Shown here: positions 16,958 through 24,134 of the stretch, piece by piece
Position numbering within the stretch: position 1 is the stretch's first letter
Layout of the letters: each line of letters begins with the position of its first letter
IMG/VR virus record: IMGVR_UViG_3300022863_000006
Location: 1-27,063 of that record
Direction: 5' to 3' (one strand)
Length of the DNA: 27,063 bases
Origin: a virus
Lineage: Duplodnaviria; Caudoviricetes
The notes under the pieces: generated by a model
What the model saw: only the letters and a program-made list of their open reading frames with translations
What the model was told of the DNA's origin: nothing
The model's database searches: none
Position numbers and translations under genes: made by a program

Positions 16958-17845
16958 CTATGCAGTCAGATACTTGGCGCTGCTATCGCCGGGCCGCGCA
17001 TGCGAGTAGCGCGTGGTGGTGGTCAGCGATGCGTGGCCGAGCGTGGTCTGCACCACATGCACCGGCGCGCCGCGATCGAGCGCGTGCGATGCGTGGGCAT
17101 GGCGCAGCCAATGCGTGGATATCGAAACCGGCAGTTTCGCGCGCTGTGCGGCGTTCTTAACGATCCGATGGACCTGCATCGGCACCAACGCGCGCCCCTT
17201 CTTCCGCGACCGGAAAAGCGGGTCGTCAGGACCGGCGCCGTTGCGGATTGCGACGACATGAGTCCAGAGCGCAGCCGGCAGCAGGATCACTCGCGTCTTG
17301 CCGCCTTTGCCGAACACCGTGATCTGGCCGGCATCGTCCCGCGTCACCGTGTCGCGCCAGCGCAGGCCGCAGACCTCGCTCACCCGAAGCCCGGCGCCAT
17401 AGATCAGCCGGAGCAATGCTGCGTTGCGGGGATGACGCTCCAGCCTAAGCATGTGCTGCACGTCCGATTCGGTCATGATCCGCTCGGCCAGCGCGTCCTT
17501 GATGTGCGGCGTCTCGACAACGCCGCCGACGTCAAACGGGATGTAGCCGAGCCGGTGGGAGAAGCCGAGCAGCGACTTCACGGCGGAGAGGCGGCGGGCA
17601 ATGGTCGGCGGCGCCAGGTGCGCCAGCGTGGCGGCGAAGTCCTGCACGTCGCCGACAGTGATCGCGCGCAGCGGCTTGTCGGTGAACCCGCGAAACGCCC
17701 GAATGTCGATTCTGTAGCCCGTTCGGGTCGCGGCGGACCGATAGCGCCCGATCCAGCGGGCGATCATGTCCTCGTCGCTGGATGCCTGCTGGACGACGGG
17801 AACGGCGGCGATGGTCTCGACGGCGCCGCTGATGATGATGTCCAT
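16958..17845 (-). CDS. Tyrosine recombinase (short XerC/D- or resolvase-like type)
   Basis: The catalytic set is intact: GLRVSE (R), GKGGKTR (K), HWLRH, LGH and TRY (Y). The preferred start is ATG 17845 (295 aa); the ORF is open to 17890. No arm-binding extension is evident. Confidence 0.9.
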   Translation of the reverse strand: MDIIISGAVETIAAVPVVQQASSDEDMIARWIGRYRSAATRTGYRIDIRAFRGFTDKPLRAITVGDVQDFAATLAHLAPPTIARRLSAVKSLLGFSHRLGYIPFDVGGVVETPHIKDALAERIMTESDVQHMLRLERHPRNAALLRLIYGAGLRVSEVCGLRWRDTVTRDDAGQITVFGKGGKTRVILLPAALWTHVVAIRNGAGPDDPLFRSRKKGRALVPMQVHRIVKNAAQRAKLPVSISTHWLRHAHASHALDRGAPVHVVQTTLGHASLTTTTRYSHARPGDSSAKYLTA

Positions 17846-17857
17846 GAGTCCGGTCTC

Positions 17858-17887
17858 AATGTTATTAAATGAGACTTGTATAACATT
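17858..17887. repeat. 12-6-12 imperfect inverted repeat, candidate recombinase core site or operator
   Basis: The sequence is AATGTTATTAAA-TGAGAC-TTGTATAACATT, with 10/12 arm identity. It is an AT-rich island just upstream of the recombinase start. Confidence 0.5.
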
Positions 17888-17911
17888 CAAAACGGCGGAT
17901 TCACTCTATTT

Positions 17912-18505
17912 TCAAACCGCATCGACCGCAGCCCTCGGCACCGTCATCGGCACCGTCCGGCCGAGGATTTCGAGCAACAGTCTGACCCGCTTGGCGTCCG
18001 ACCACTGGCAGATCCCGGTCAGGCCGACCATCGCGCCGGAGGCGAGCAGCACCGATGTGCCGCTCGGGATAGGTGTGACGCGGTCAGGCGCCGGGTCCGG
18101 CCCTGGATCATCGACCACGCCGCGCGCTGACGTCCGGCTGATGAAGTCCCCGACGACGGCGTCCGGCAGTGGCGATGGGCGTCCGGCGACGGAGCAAACA
18201 AGGCCGCCAACGCCGCTGGTGGACCGGATCGCACCCCAGGCGTCCCGATCGGCATCGAAGCGGATGAACAGATACCCCGGGAACAGGCTGCCAATGCTTT
18301 TCGTCCGAGGATCCATGCGCAACGGGAGATAGGCGTCGAAGCCCTGCTGGCTCAGCGCCAGATGTGCGCGCCGTTCGTCCCGCGGATGAGTCCAGGCGCA
18401 GAACCAGCGGGCGCCTGCACGGCTGCCGCTAGGCACGAAGGCACAAACTGACGCGCCCGCTGCCTGCATGGACTCTATTTGGCTCGCGTGTATCCCAAGC
18501 TGCAA
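17912..18505 (-). CDS. NusG/RfaH-family transcription antiterminator
   Basis: It has an NGN domain (RWFCAWT.P..E..A...L..QGF..YLP...LFPGYLFI...IRSTSGV) and a KOW-like C-terminus (RVRLLLEILGR). The start is uncertain (TTG 18505 or ATG 18469). Confidence 0.88.
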   Translation of the reverse strand: MQLGIHASQIESMQAAGASVCAFVPSGSRAGARWFCAWTHPRDERRAHLALSQQGFDAYLPLRMDPRTKSIGSLFPGYLFIRFDADRDAWGAIRSTSGVGGLVCSVAGRPSPLPDAVVGDFISRTSARGVVDDPGPDPAPDRVTPIPSGTSVLLASGAMVGLTGICQWSDAKRVRLLLEILGRTVPMTVPRAAVDAV

Positions 18506-18526
18506 CGTTTATTTTTAGATCGTGGG

Positions 18527-19090
18527 TCAGGAAGGCGACGCAGAAGGCCTCCATTCGGCCCGTGCCACTATCTCGCGTTCCTGGATACGCTTTGCTTCAG
18601 CCAAACTCACCCGGTCGTCGGCGACGATGGCCTTGATCTCGCGGATGAGCGGCGGACTGCTAGATGGCACCACTGGCAGATGCCGCGCAGAGGTTGTTCC
18701 GTTGGCCGTTCGCGCCTTCGCCGGCTTTGGCGCCGGAGTTGGACCCATCAGCGCTTCCAGCGCGGATACCGCCGCCTTCAAGGCCGCTAGTGCTGGAGCC
18801 AACGATTGCGCCGCCGCCTTGTATTCCGCGGCGACCGAGCGTTGAGCCGCCTTGGCTTTGGCAACCTTGCGTTCAGCTGCCATTGCTTTCCGTGCCAGCG
18901 TCTTCAGCCCGGATGATGCGCTGCGTTCAGAGGCCGCGTTTACCCGCCGTCGCTCCACGTTGTAACCGCGCATGCACGACTTGCAGTAAAATGCCATGCC
19001 GTCCTTCGATACACGAAGACGGCCAAACTCGTTCAGCGGCCTGACCGTGTCGCACATCGGGCATCGTTTGGTAGAAGGTTCATCAGCCAT
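18527..19090 (-). CDS. Zinc-finger (CxxC...CxxC) protein with basic coiled coil
   Basis: The likely start is ATG 19090; 187 aa. KRCPMC...PLNEF......DG...YCKSC resembles the zinc ribbon seen in front of phage HNH/EndoVII proteins, but no nuclease motif follows. Confidence 0.65.
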   Translation of the reverse strand: MADEPSTKRCPMCDTVRPLNEFGRLRVSKDGMAFYCKSCMRGYNVERRRVNAASERSASSGLKTLARKAMAAERKVAKAKAAQRSVAAEYKAAAQSLAPALAALKAAVSALEALMGPTPAPKPAKARTANGTTSARHLPVVPSSSPPLIREIKAIVADDRVSLAEAKRIQEREIVARAEWRPSASPS

Positions 19091-19093
19091 TCG

Positions 19094-19162
19094 GGGGTGC
19101 TCCAGCACTCGGGTGGTCAGAGGTGAGTGCCGGCGTTTGAAGCACCGGCACTCCTTCGACCA
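19094..19162. other. Structured RNA/DNA element (two hairpins) upstream of the zinc-finger gene
   Basis: The hairpins are GGGTGC-TCCA-GCACTC and GAGTGCCGG-N11-CCGGCACTC (19125-19153). The second extends by TGGTC/GACCA pairing. Confidence 0.4.
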
Positions 19163-19427
19163 ATACCCCGAACGTCTGAAGTAAACAGCGCCGAACGCGT
19201 ATGTCGATGCGCCGAGCCGCACCGTCGCATGTGCTAAAATTGCGGTCGGGTGAATCAATAATATGAAAAATATTTAGATAAAATTCTCAGACGAATTAGA
19301 TCGCGCGTCATCTAGCGTCACGCCATGTTTCTATGCGTCGCGCGGTCGCTCAGCGGCGCCGATAAGGTCCGGTGAACAGATCGCCGAGCGCGCGGCGCAT
19401 TAGGTAAGTAAGCCTAGACAGCGCAGC

Positions 19428-19724
19428 TCAGGCCGGATCGGCATCGCTGGACCAGCGCACGCCGCCCTCGACCGGCAGGCGCAGCACGCCCGCCTCCAGC
19501 TGCGCCAGGACCGCATGCAGCAGCGGCACCAGGTCAGCCGCGGCGGCGTTGGAATACAGAATGTGGACCTCCGGCGGGTCGGCAGGATCGAACGCCACCA
19601 GGACGCCCTTGATGACCCCCAGCGCCTCGATGCCCTCGATCGCCTCCTTGGCGATGTCGTCGACGTCGTAATCCGGCAGCGGAGGGGCCGCGCCGAAAAA
19701 CAGCCGGTCCGGTTCAGTGGCCAC
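19428..19724 (-). CDS. Hypothetical protein
   Basis: GTG 19724 with a GGAG RBS; 98 aa; overlaps the upstream small ORF. Confidence 0.6.
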   Translation of the reverse strand: MATEPDRLFFGAAPPLPDYDVDDIAKEAIEGIEALGVIKGVLVAFDPADPPEVHILYSNAAAADLVPLLHAVLAQLEAGVLRLPVEGGVRWSSDADPA

Positions 19725-19887
19725 GGTAGCGCTCCGGCCGAATGCGCTGGCCATGCAGCAGCGGGCACCAGTCCTCATAGCCGGCCGGCGTCAGATCCAC
19801 CGCTTCGTCGAACGACCAGGCCTCCACCCGACGCAGCGCGGCTTCCAGCGCCTCCGCCTTGGCCTTCCAGTATTCCAGCGTCTCCAC
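19714..19887 (-). CDS. Hypothetical small protein (57 aa, not in ORF track)
   Basis: GTG 19887 is preceded by GAGGGAGG. It reads METLEYWKAKAEALEAALRRVEAW...RYRGH and fills the operon gap. Confidence 0.6.
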   Translation of the reverse strand: METLEYWKAKAEALEAALRRVEAWSFDEAVDLTPAGYEDWCPLLHGQRIRPERYRGH

Positions 19888-19898
19888 AACCCCTCCCT

Positions 19899-20252
19899 CT
19901 ATCGGCTAATGACCTGCAACTCGGCCGCCCAGCGCAACACCCGGCGCGTCCAGCACTGCACCACGTAGCGAACCACCGCCGAGCGCGCGGCGCAGGCGGT
20001 GCGCGGATAAACCACCCGCGCCGACCGCACCTGGCCGCCAGGCGGCACCACCTCGATCACCACGCCCTCCTCGGTCATGTCCTTCCTGGACCTGCCGCCG
20101 GAAGGCGACGTCAGAACCGAGGTGCCGAGGTCGATCCCGACGGGAGGCGTATTGGCCTTCAGGAACTCCTCCAGGGACAGCGGCCGGCGGCCGGGCAGAG
20201 CCGTGACGTCTTTTTCGGCCAGCCCCGCGGCCGCGGCGCGGAGGGCGATCAC
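19899..20252 (-). CDS. Hypothetical protein
   Basis: 117 aa; starts 1 nt after the rep stop. Confidence 0.55.
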   Translation of the reverse strand: MIALRAAAAGLAEKDVTALPGRRPLSLEEFLKANTPPVGIDLGTSVLTSPSGGRSRKDMTEEGVVIEVVPPGGQVRSARVVYPRTACAARSAVVRYVVQCWTRRVLRWAAELQVISR

Positions 20253-20253
20253 G

Positions 20254-21792
20254 TCAGGCGCCGGGGTCGGTTATTCCTTCCTCACACTCAAACAGGCGCG
20301 CCTCGAAAGCGGACGGGTTAGAAGCCAGAAGCGTGAAGTCCGGAGGCTTTAGGGGAGCCGGGCAGCCCGCCTTGTTCCAGGCGTCGTCATACTCGATCCA
20401 TCGGTCGGCCAGAGGCTGCACGCCCGAGCTGATCGCCGCCTTGAAGGCCGCGAGGTTCCCGGGAAATGGGTATTTGTGCATGTCCTTCCGCCATCGCTCG
20501 CAGGAGGGTTTCAGCATGGCCTGAATCGCCTGGTCGGCATCGGACATCGTCGGCCGTGCTGGCGATCCCGCAGGGGGAGCGGCCCCCGACGGCCGGACAG
20601 CTGCCCTCATAGCCTCGCCCATCGCTCGGTCGAAGTAAGCCAGCGACGTCGGCCGTGTGCCATTCGGCCTGGAAACGACGGTTTCGATCACCGCCCGCAT
20701 CGTGGCCGCTGGCTCCCCCTTCTCGAGCCATCCCTGGACGGCCCGCAGGTCCTTGGGGTTCGGGTGGCGCCCTAGCCTGGCCAGCTCCACCAGCTCGGCG
20801 ACCAGGTTGACGAGGTCGTCGTCGGGTCGTTTCGGTTTAATTTCATCTGCGCCGGAGGGGTTTTCCGAACGCATATTTAATTCGCCAAAACGCATATTTA
20901 ATTCCCCGTCGCCCGCGCGGCTAACAGTGCTGCTGCTGATGCTAATAGATTGATCTTCCTTAGCATTAGCAGCAGCAGCAGCCGTGCCCACGCACGCGAC
21001 CCCGGGAATTGAATCTGCGATTTTATCTGCGCCGGAGGGAATTAAATCTGCGGTGCGACGCATATTTAATTCCCCGCCGGAGGGGTTTTTATCTGCGAAA
21101 CGCAGATTTAATTCGCCGTCGTCAGAGGCGGACAGGCGCCCCCCTGGAAACGAATGGAGCATCGCGCCCTGGCGCCGGTCATCGTCGCTGGCTTGTGGCT
21201 TGGGCGTCGGTTTGCGCGGTTTGCTGTTCGTCGGCGTCAGGCGCAAACGGGGATGACCCTGTGGTATCCCGATATCGACGCCGCCGATGTCGATCAGGCG
21301 CCCCCGGGCGATCAGCTTCGTCAGCCACCCCTCGACATCGATCTTGTCGCCGGCACAAAAATGGCCGGCGCCGACCAGCAGGGCCAGATCCGCGCGCGTC
21401 CGGAACCGGCAACCCTCCTCGCCGATCTGGAGACGGAACCCGTCCCCGGTTTCATGGATGGCGACGAGAACCCTGATCCAGAAATCGTTCTCGGCTACGC
21501 CCAGCGTCATGGTGGGCTGATCTTCGATGAAGTCCCATGCCCGGGACACTACCGTTCGCCGTGACAGCGGTCGCGGCGGTTGCGGCAGAGTGTCCTCGCC
21601 CGGCTCAGGCTCGCTGTCCTTCGCGGCGCCGCCGATCAGCGAACGCACGTACGCCGGCACGCGGTCCTCGAGCTCCGCGATCGTCGCTATGGAGATGCCC
21701 TTTGCGTGCATCGCGCGGACCCTGCGCTGGCGCTCCAGCGTCGCCTCGGATATTCCGGGCGGCCGACCGGGACCGGCGTTCGTCGCCGACAT
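20254..21792 (-). CDS. Phage replication initiator (lambda O-like position) with internal origin
   Basis: 512 aa, downstream of cro. It has an N-terminal HTH, central DNA iterons (translated as GELNMR/GELNLR repeats), and a C-terminal DnaD-like segment (WLEKG...PTSLAYFDRAM). Confidence 0.75.
   Translation of the reverse strand: MSATNAGPGRPPGISEATLERQRRVRAMHAKGISIATIAELEDRVPAYVRSLIGGAAKDSEPEPGEDTLPQPPRPLSRRTVVSRAWDFIEDQPTMTLGVAENDFWIRVLVAIHETGDGFRLQIGEEGCRFRTRADLALLVGAGHFCAGDKIDVEGWLTKLIARGRLIDIGGVDIGIPQGHPRLRLTPTNSKPRKPTPKPQASDDDRRQGAMLHSFPGGRLSASDDGELNLRFADKNPSGGELNMRRTADLIPSGADKIADSIPGVACVGTAAAAANAKEDQSISISSSTVSRAGDGELNMRFGELNMRSENPSGADEIKPKRPDDDLVNLVAELVELARLGRHPNPKDLRAVQGWLEKGEPAATMRAVIETVVSRPNGTRPTSLAYFDRAMGEAMRAAVRPSGAAPPAGSPARPTMSDADQAIQAMLKPSCERWRKDMHKYPFPGNLAAFKAAISSGVQPLADRWIEYDDAWNKAGCPAPLKPPDFTLLASNPSAFEARLFECEEGITDPGA
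20842..21114. repeat. Iteron-type replication origin inside rep
   Basis: CGCA(T/G)ATTTAATTC occurs at 20870, 20891, 21059 and 21101. Inverted ATCTGCG copies occur at 20845, 21013, 21025, 21046 and 21091. A central 18-bp inverted repeat (20928-20945/20960-20977) surrounds an AT-rich 14-nt loop. Confidence 0.75.
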
Positions 21793-21893
21793 CAGAACTC
21801 AGCCCAGCCGGCCGCGTTCACGGAAACGTCGGGAAACATTAATTCGCCAGCAATAGACGGGAGAGGAAATGTTGTGTATAGATTGTGACGCAT
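21792..21893 (-). CDS. 33-aa leader ORF translationally coupled to rep
   Basis: The sequence is MRHNLYTTFPLPSIAGELMFPDVSVNAAGWAEF, with AAGAG upstream. Its TGA overlaps the rep ATG (TGATG). Confidence 0.55.
   Translation of the reverse strand: MRHNLYTTFPLPSIAGELMFPDVSVNAAGWAEF
21854..21882 (+). promoter_or_regulatory. Putative sigma70 promoter for an antisense RNA
   Basis: TAGACG (21854-59), a 17-nt spacer, then TATAGA (21877-82). Confidence 0.45.
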
Positions 21894-21947
21894 TTGGATT
21901 TACTCTTTTTGCCCCCAGTTGTTCTAGCAACTGGGGGTTGTTTATTT
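21889..21947 (+). ncRNA. Predicted ~60-nt antisense RNA to the leader-ORF translation start
   Basis: It lies between the predicted promoter and the plus-strand intrinsic terminator. It is complementary to the ATG and RBS of the 21792-21893 ORF. Ends are approximate. Confidence 0.45.
21911..21947 (+). terminator. Intrinsic terminator on the plus (antisense) strand
   Basis: A perfect 10-bp stem, CCCCCAGTTG-TTCTAG-CAACTGGGGG, is followed by TTGTTTATTT. There is no U-tract in the minus direction. Confidence 0.65.
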
Positions 21948-22018
21948 ATGTGCCAGCAGTGAAATGACAACGACACGAAAGTCGTAGTCACTGACGCGAT
22001 GTTTCGCCGAAAGGGGGC

Positions 22019-22642
22019 TCACGCTGCATCCTCCATTTGTCGAACCCCCACCGAGGGAGGCAAATCTATAGGTTGTGCTCGAGAGAGCAGCGCAGCTTGG
22101 GCGACGGCGCAGTGCTGAGGGGACACCTCGCCGGCCGAAGAGCCGTCAAGGTTCAAACGTTGACCGCCCGCTGCGACAGCGGCGACATAGGCAGGCTGGG
22201 AGGTCCACCAGTCCAGCAGGCGCTTGGCCCGCTTGATGCCCAGCAGCTGCCCGAGGCGGCCGGACTTATGGATGTGGATCGCAAGCGGCACAGGATGGTC
22301 GGGGTCGAACAGCGCCGGGTACCGCTCGCGGCACAGTGCCAGATCGGCGACGCGCCAGGCGATGCGCTGGCGTTCAGCGGCAGCCTCGACCGCGCCAGGC
22401 GTCGGTGAGCCGGGCGGCAGCAGGACGACAGGGCCGCGGTCGCGCTTGGTCGGAGGTTTCGCCGGGGGCAGTGCGCAAGGATTGCTTGCGCACTGCGGTT
22501 CGGCTGGCGGTGGCTTTGGGGCCTGGGGAGACTTGATCGCCGCGACCATGGCCGCGACCTTCGGCGGCGGCGGACGGGACAGCGACAGCGTGCCGCCGAA
22601 GCGACTCGGGCGCGGGCCGGCGCTCGAGTCGCAGGCCGACAT
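22019..22642 (-). CDS. ProQ/FinO-domain RNA chaperone
   Basis: 207 aa. A Pro-rich N-terminus is followed by RYPALF....PVPLAIHIH...LDWWTSQPAY...VAAGGQRLNLDG...GEVS..H, which matches the ProQ/FinO pattern (P.LF, PLK.GI, Y, R..L.G...G.V). TGATG overlap with cro. Confidence 0.8.
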   Translation of the reverse strand: MSACDSSAGPRPSRFGGTLSLSRPPPPKVAAMVAAIKSPQAPKPPPAEPQCASNPCALPPAKPPTKRDRGPVVLLPPGSPTPGAVEAAAERQRIAWRVADLALCRERYPALFDPDHPVPLAIHIHKSGRLGQLLGIKRAKRLLDWWTSQPAYVAAVAAGGQRLNLDGSSAGEVSPQHCAVAQAALLSRAQPIDLPPSVGVRQMEDAA

Positions 22643-22884
22643 CAGGCGGCCTCGGCACGCGCTGACGAAGGAGGTGACGGCGGCGTAGTGGTGGTGGTTG
22701 GTGATTTGCCTAAGGCAGCATCTCGAAGCCGTCGATAGTTATCCAGGTTCGGTTCGGTTTTTCCGGACTTCCACCGACTAAAGATGGACGGCGCGACCCC
22801 GGCCCGCCGACAGACCTCAGCGATCGGGATTCCGCGCCGCTTGGCCAGGCGTTCGATATCGGCGGGGGTTAGCAAATCTGTCAT
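22642..22884 (-). CDS. Cro-like XRE helix-turn-helix regulator
   Basis: 80 aa; IAEVCRRAGVAPSIFSRWKSGKTEP; divergent from the cI-like gene. Confidence 0.85.
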   Translation of the reverse strand: MTDLLTPADIERLAKRRGIPIAEVCRRAGVAPSIFSRWKSGKTEPNLDNYRRLRDAALGKSPTTTTTPPSPPSSARAEAA

Positions 22885-22886
22885 AG

Positions 22887-22970
22887 ACTATATCTGTGTG
22901 CAAAATCGCAATCAAGTCAAGAGAAGTCTTGCAAACGGACTGCCCCGGAGCGGTGTGCAATTCTGCGCAC
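22887..22970. promoter_or_regulatory. Divergent cro/cI control region with candidate operators
   Basis: Two related sites are GTGTGCAAAATCGCAATC (22896-22913) and the near-palindrome GTGTGCA-ATTC-TGCGCAC (22953-22970). A minus-strand TTGATT-17-TATAGT is present. Neither gene has a clear SD. Confidence 0.55.
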
Positions 22971-22971
22971 A

Positions 22972-23388
22972 ATGGATATAGACGATCAGCAGGCCGCGAT
23001 CCGCGATCTAATCCGATTGATGATGGAAAAATCAGGCCACGATCCGACAGGTCTGGCACGAGCGGCGGGGATAGCGCCATCGACGCTAACGCGGTTCCTC
23101 AATCAACCGGTTAAGCACCTTTTAACAGCCCGCACCTTGGCTAAGCTCTCGAGGGCAAGCGGCGTACCTGTTCCGGTGGGCAGTCCCCTCACAACAGCAC
23201 CAGAGCACGAATTGCTGGATGCATTCCGGACAACCGACGAACAGGGCCGTGACATGCTGCTGCGGCTGGCCAAGTCCCTTCGCCGCGATGTGAGCCCAAC
23301 GCCAGACGAGAAGCCGACCCCCAACCCGCGCCCCAAGCGCCGCGCCGCCGGCTGCATCGTGCCGATGGCCCGGGTGCGGGGACGGTGA
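22972..23388 (+). CDS. CI-like XRE repressor (no S24 peptidase domain)
   Basis: 138 aa. It has the HTH PTGLARAAGIAPSTLTRFLN and a short C-terminal helical domain (EHELLDAFRTTDEQGRDMLLRLA). Confidence 0.8.
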   Translation: MDIDDQQAAIRDLIRLMMEKSGHDPTGLARAAGIAPSTLTRFLNQPVKHLLTARTLAKLSRASGVPVPVGSPLTTAPEHELLDAFRTTDEQGRDMLLRLAKSLRRDVSPTPDEKPTPNPRPKRRAAGCIVPMARVRGR

Positions 23389-23726
23389 AATCCAACCAAG
23401 GGGAGAACGATGGCTGATGACTGGCTTATATTGACGCCCGATAATCTTGGCTTCGCGATCATAAACCCGGATCGCGATGTTCTCGTGACCCTGGATATGG
23501 GCCAGTGGGCTGAGTTCGTTGAACGCCCCGTCGCAATACGAATGACTCCCACCGAAGCTCGCACAATTGCTGCGATGTTAGCCAGAAAGGCTGACGAGGC
23601 TGAAGCGAAACCCACTCCAAATCCGTAATCGCAAACTCCATGCTGCCCACCCGCGCTCCATCTGCTGGCCGCGACGGTAGCACGGATCAGGGCGCTGCGA
23701 TGATCGCCCGGGTGCGAGGACGGTGA
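23368..23726 (+). repeat. 21-bp direct repeat A upstream of two small genes
   Basis: GCCCGGGTGCG(G/A)GGACGGTGA occurs at 23368-23388 and 23706-23726. Each copy is followed by a similar CCAAC..A.G..GAGAA...ATGGC leader. Confidence 0.8.
23410..23628 (+). CDS. Hypothetical small protein
   Basis: 72 aa; GGGGAG RBS. Confidence 0.7.
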   Translation: MADDWLILTPDNLGFAIINPDRDVLVTLDMGQWAEFVERPVAIRMTPTEARTIAAMLARKADEAEAKPTPNP

Positions 23727-23752
23727 TCGAAACCCAACGAAGGAGAAAACCA

Positions 23753-24004
23753 ATGGCAACTCAACCCCAACAGCCACCGGCAGCGCGCAAGACGTGGATG
23801 CCGCTTATGTCGATGCCGTCGGCTCCGGCGAGCGCCGACGAACGCCAGATTCATGCCCTGGAGTACATCGCGCTCTATCTAGATCGGATAGAATCACACT
23901 TGGAACGTATCGCAAGTTCGGCCGCTGGTGGCACGCAGCTTAATGCACAGATTGCGGTCGCGGCTTCATCGATTGCGGCTGTTCTCCAGAAACAGAACCC
24001 GTAA
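23753..24004 (+). CDS. Hypothetical small protein
   Basis: ATG 23753 with an AAGGAG RBS; 83 aa; helical motif ALEYIALYLDRIESHLERIA. Confidence 0.7.
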   Translation: MATQPQQPPAARKTWMPLMSMPSAPASADERQIHALEYIALYLDRIESHLERIASSAAGGTQLNAQIAVAASSIAAVLQKQNP

Positions 24005-24134
24005 GACCGAGCGCCATAACTTCGTCGTCGGATAGGGTGTCCCAACACTCTAGGATCTCCACCGCCTGACCCGCACTGAACCCATGGGTCATGAACGTTA
24101 TCGGTCGCGGCTTGGGGAAGGAGTTCTTGCTCAT
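23940..24134 (-). CDS. Possible leaderless small ORF
   Basis: 64 aa. The ATG lies 6 nt after a TACCTT -10-like box in repeat B. It overlaps the 3' end of 23753-24004 in antisense. Confidence 0.3.
   Translation of the reverse strand: MSKNSFPKPRPITFMTHGFSAGQAVEILECWDTLSDDEVMALGLTGSVSGEQPQSMKPRPQSVH

Noticed and set aside
18527-19258. HNH endonuclease call, and the longer 243-aa version of the ORF
   Set aside because: Only the zinc ribbon is present, with no HNH motif. The extension runs through hairpin and AT-rich non-coding-looking sequence.
19250-19400. AT-rich gap as a defined late promoter or tRNA
   Set aside because: It is probably regulatory, but I could not fix a convincing -35/-10 pair or cloverleaf by eye.
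20842-21114. Repeats considered as a CRISPR array
   Set aside because: The repeats are short, irregularly spaced, in both orientations and inside a CDS, and there are no cas genes. An iteron origin explains them better.
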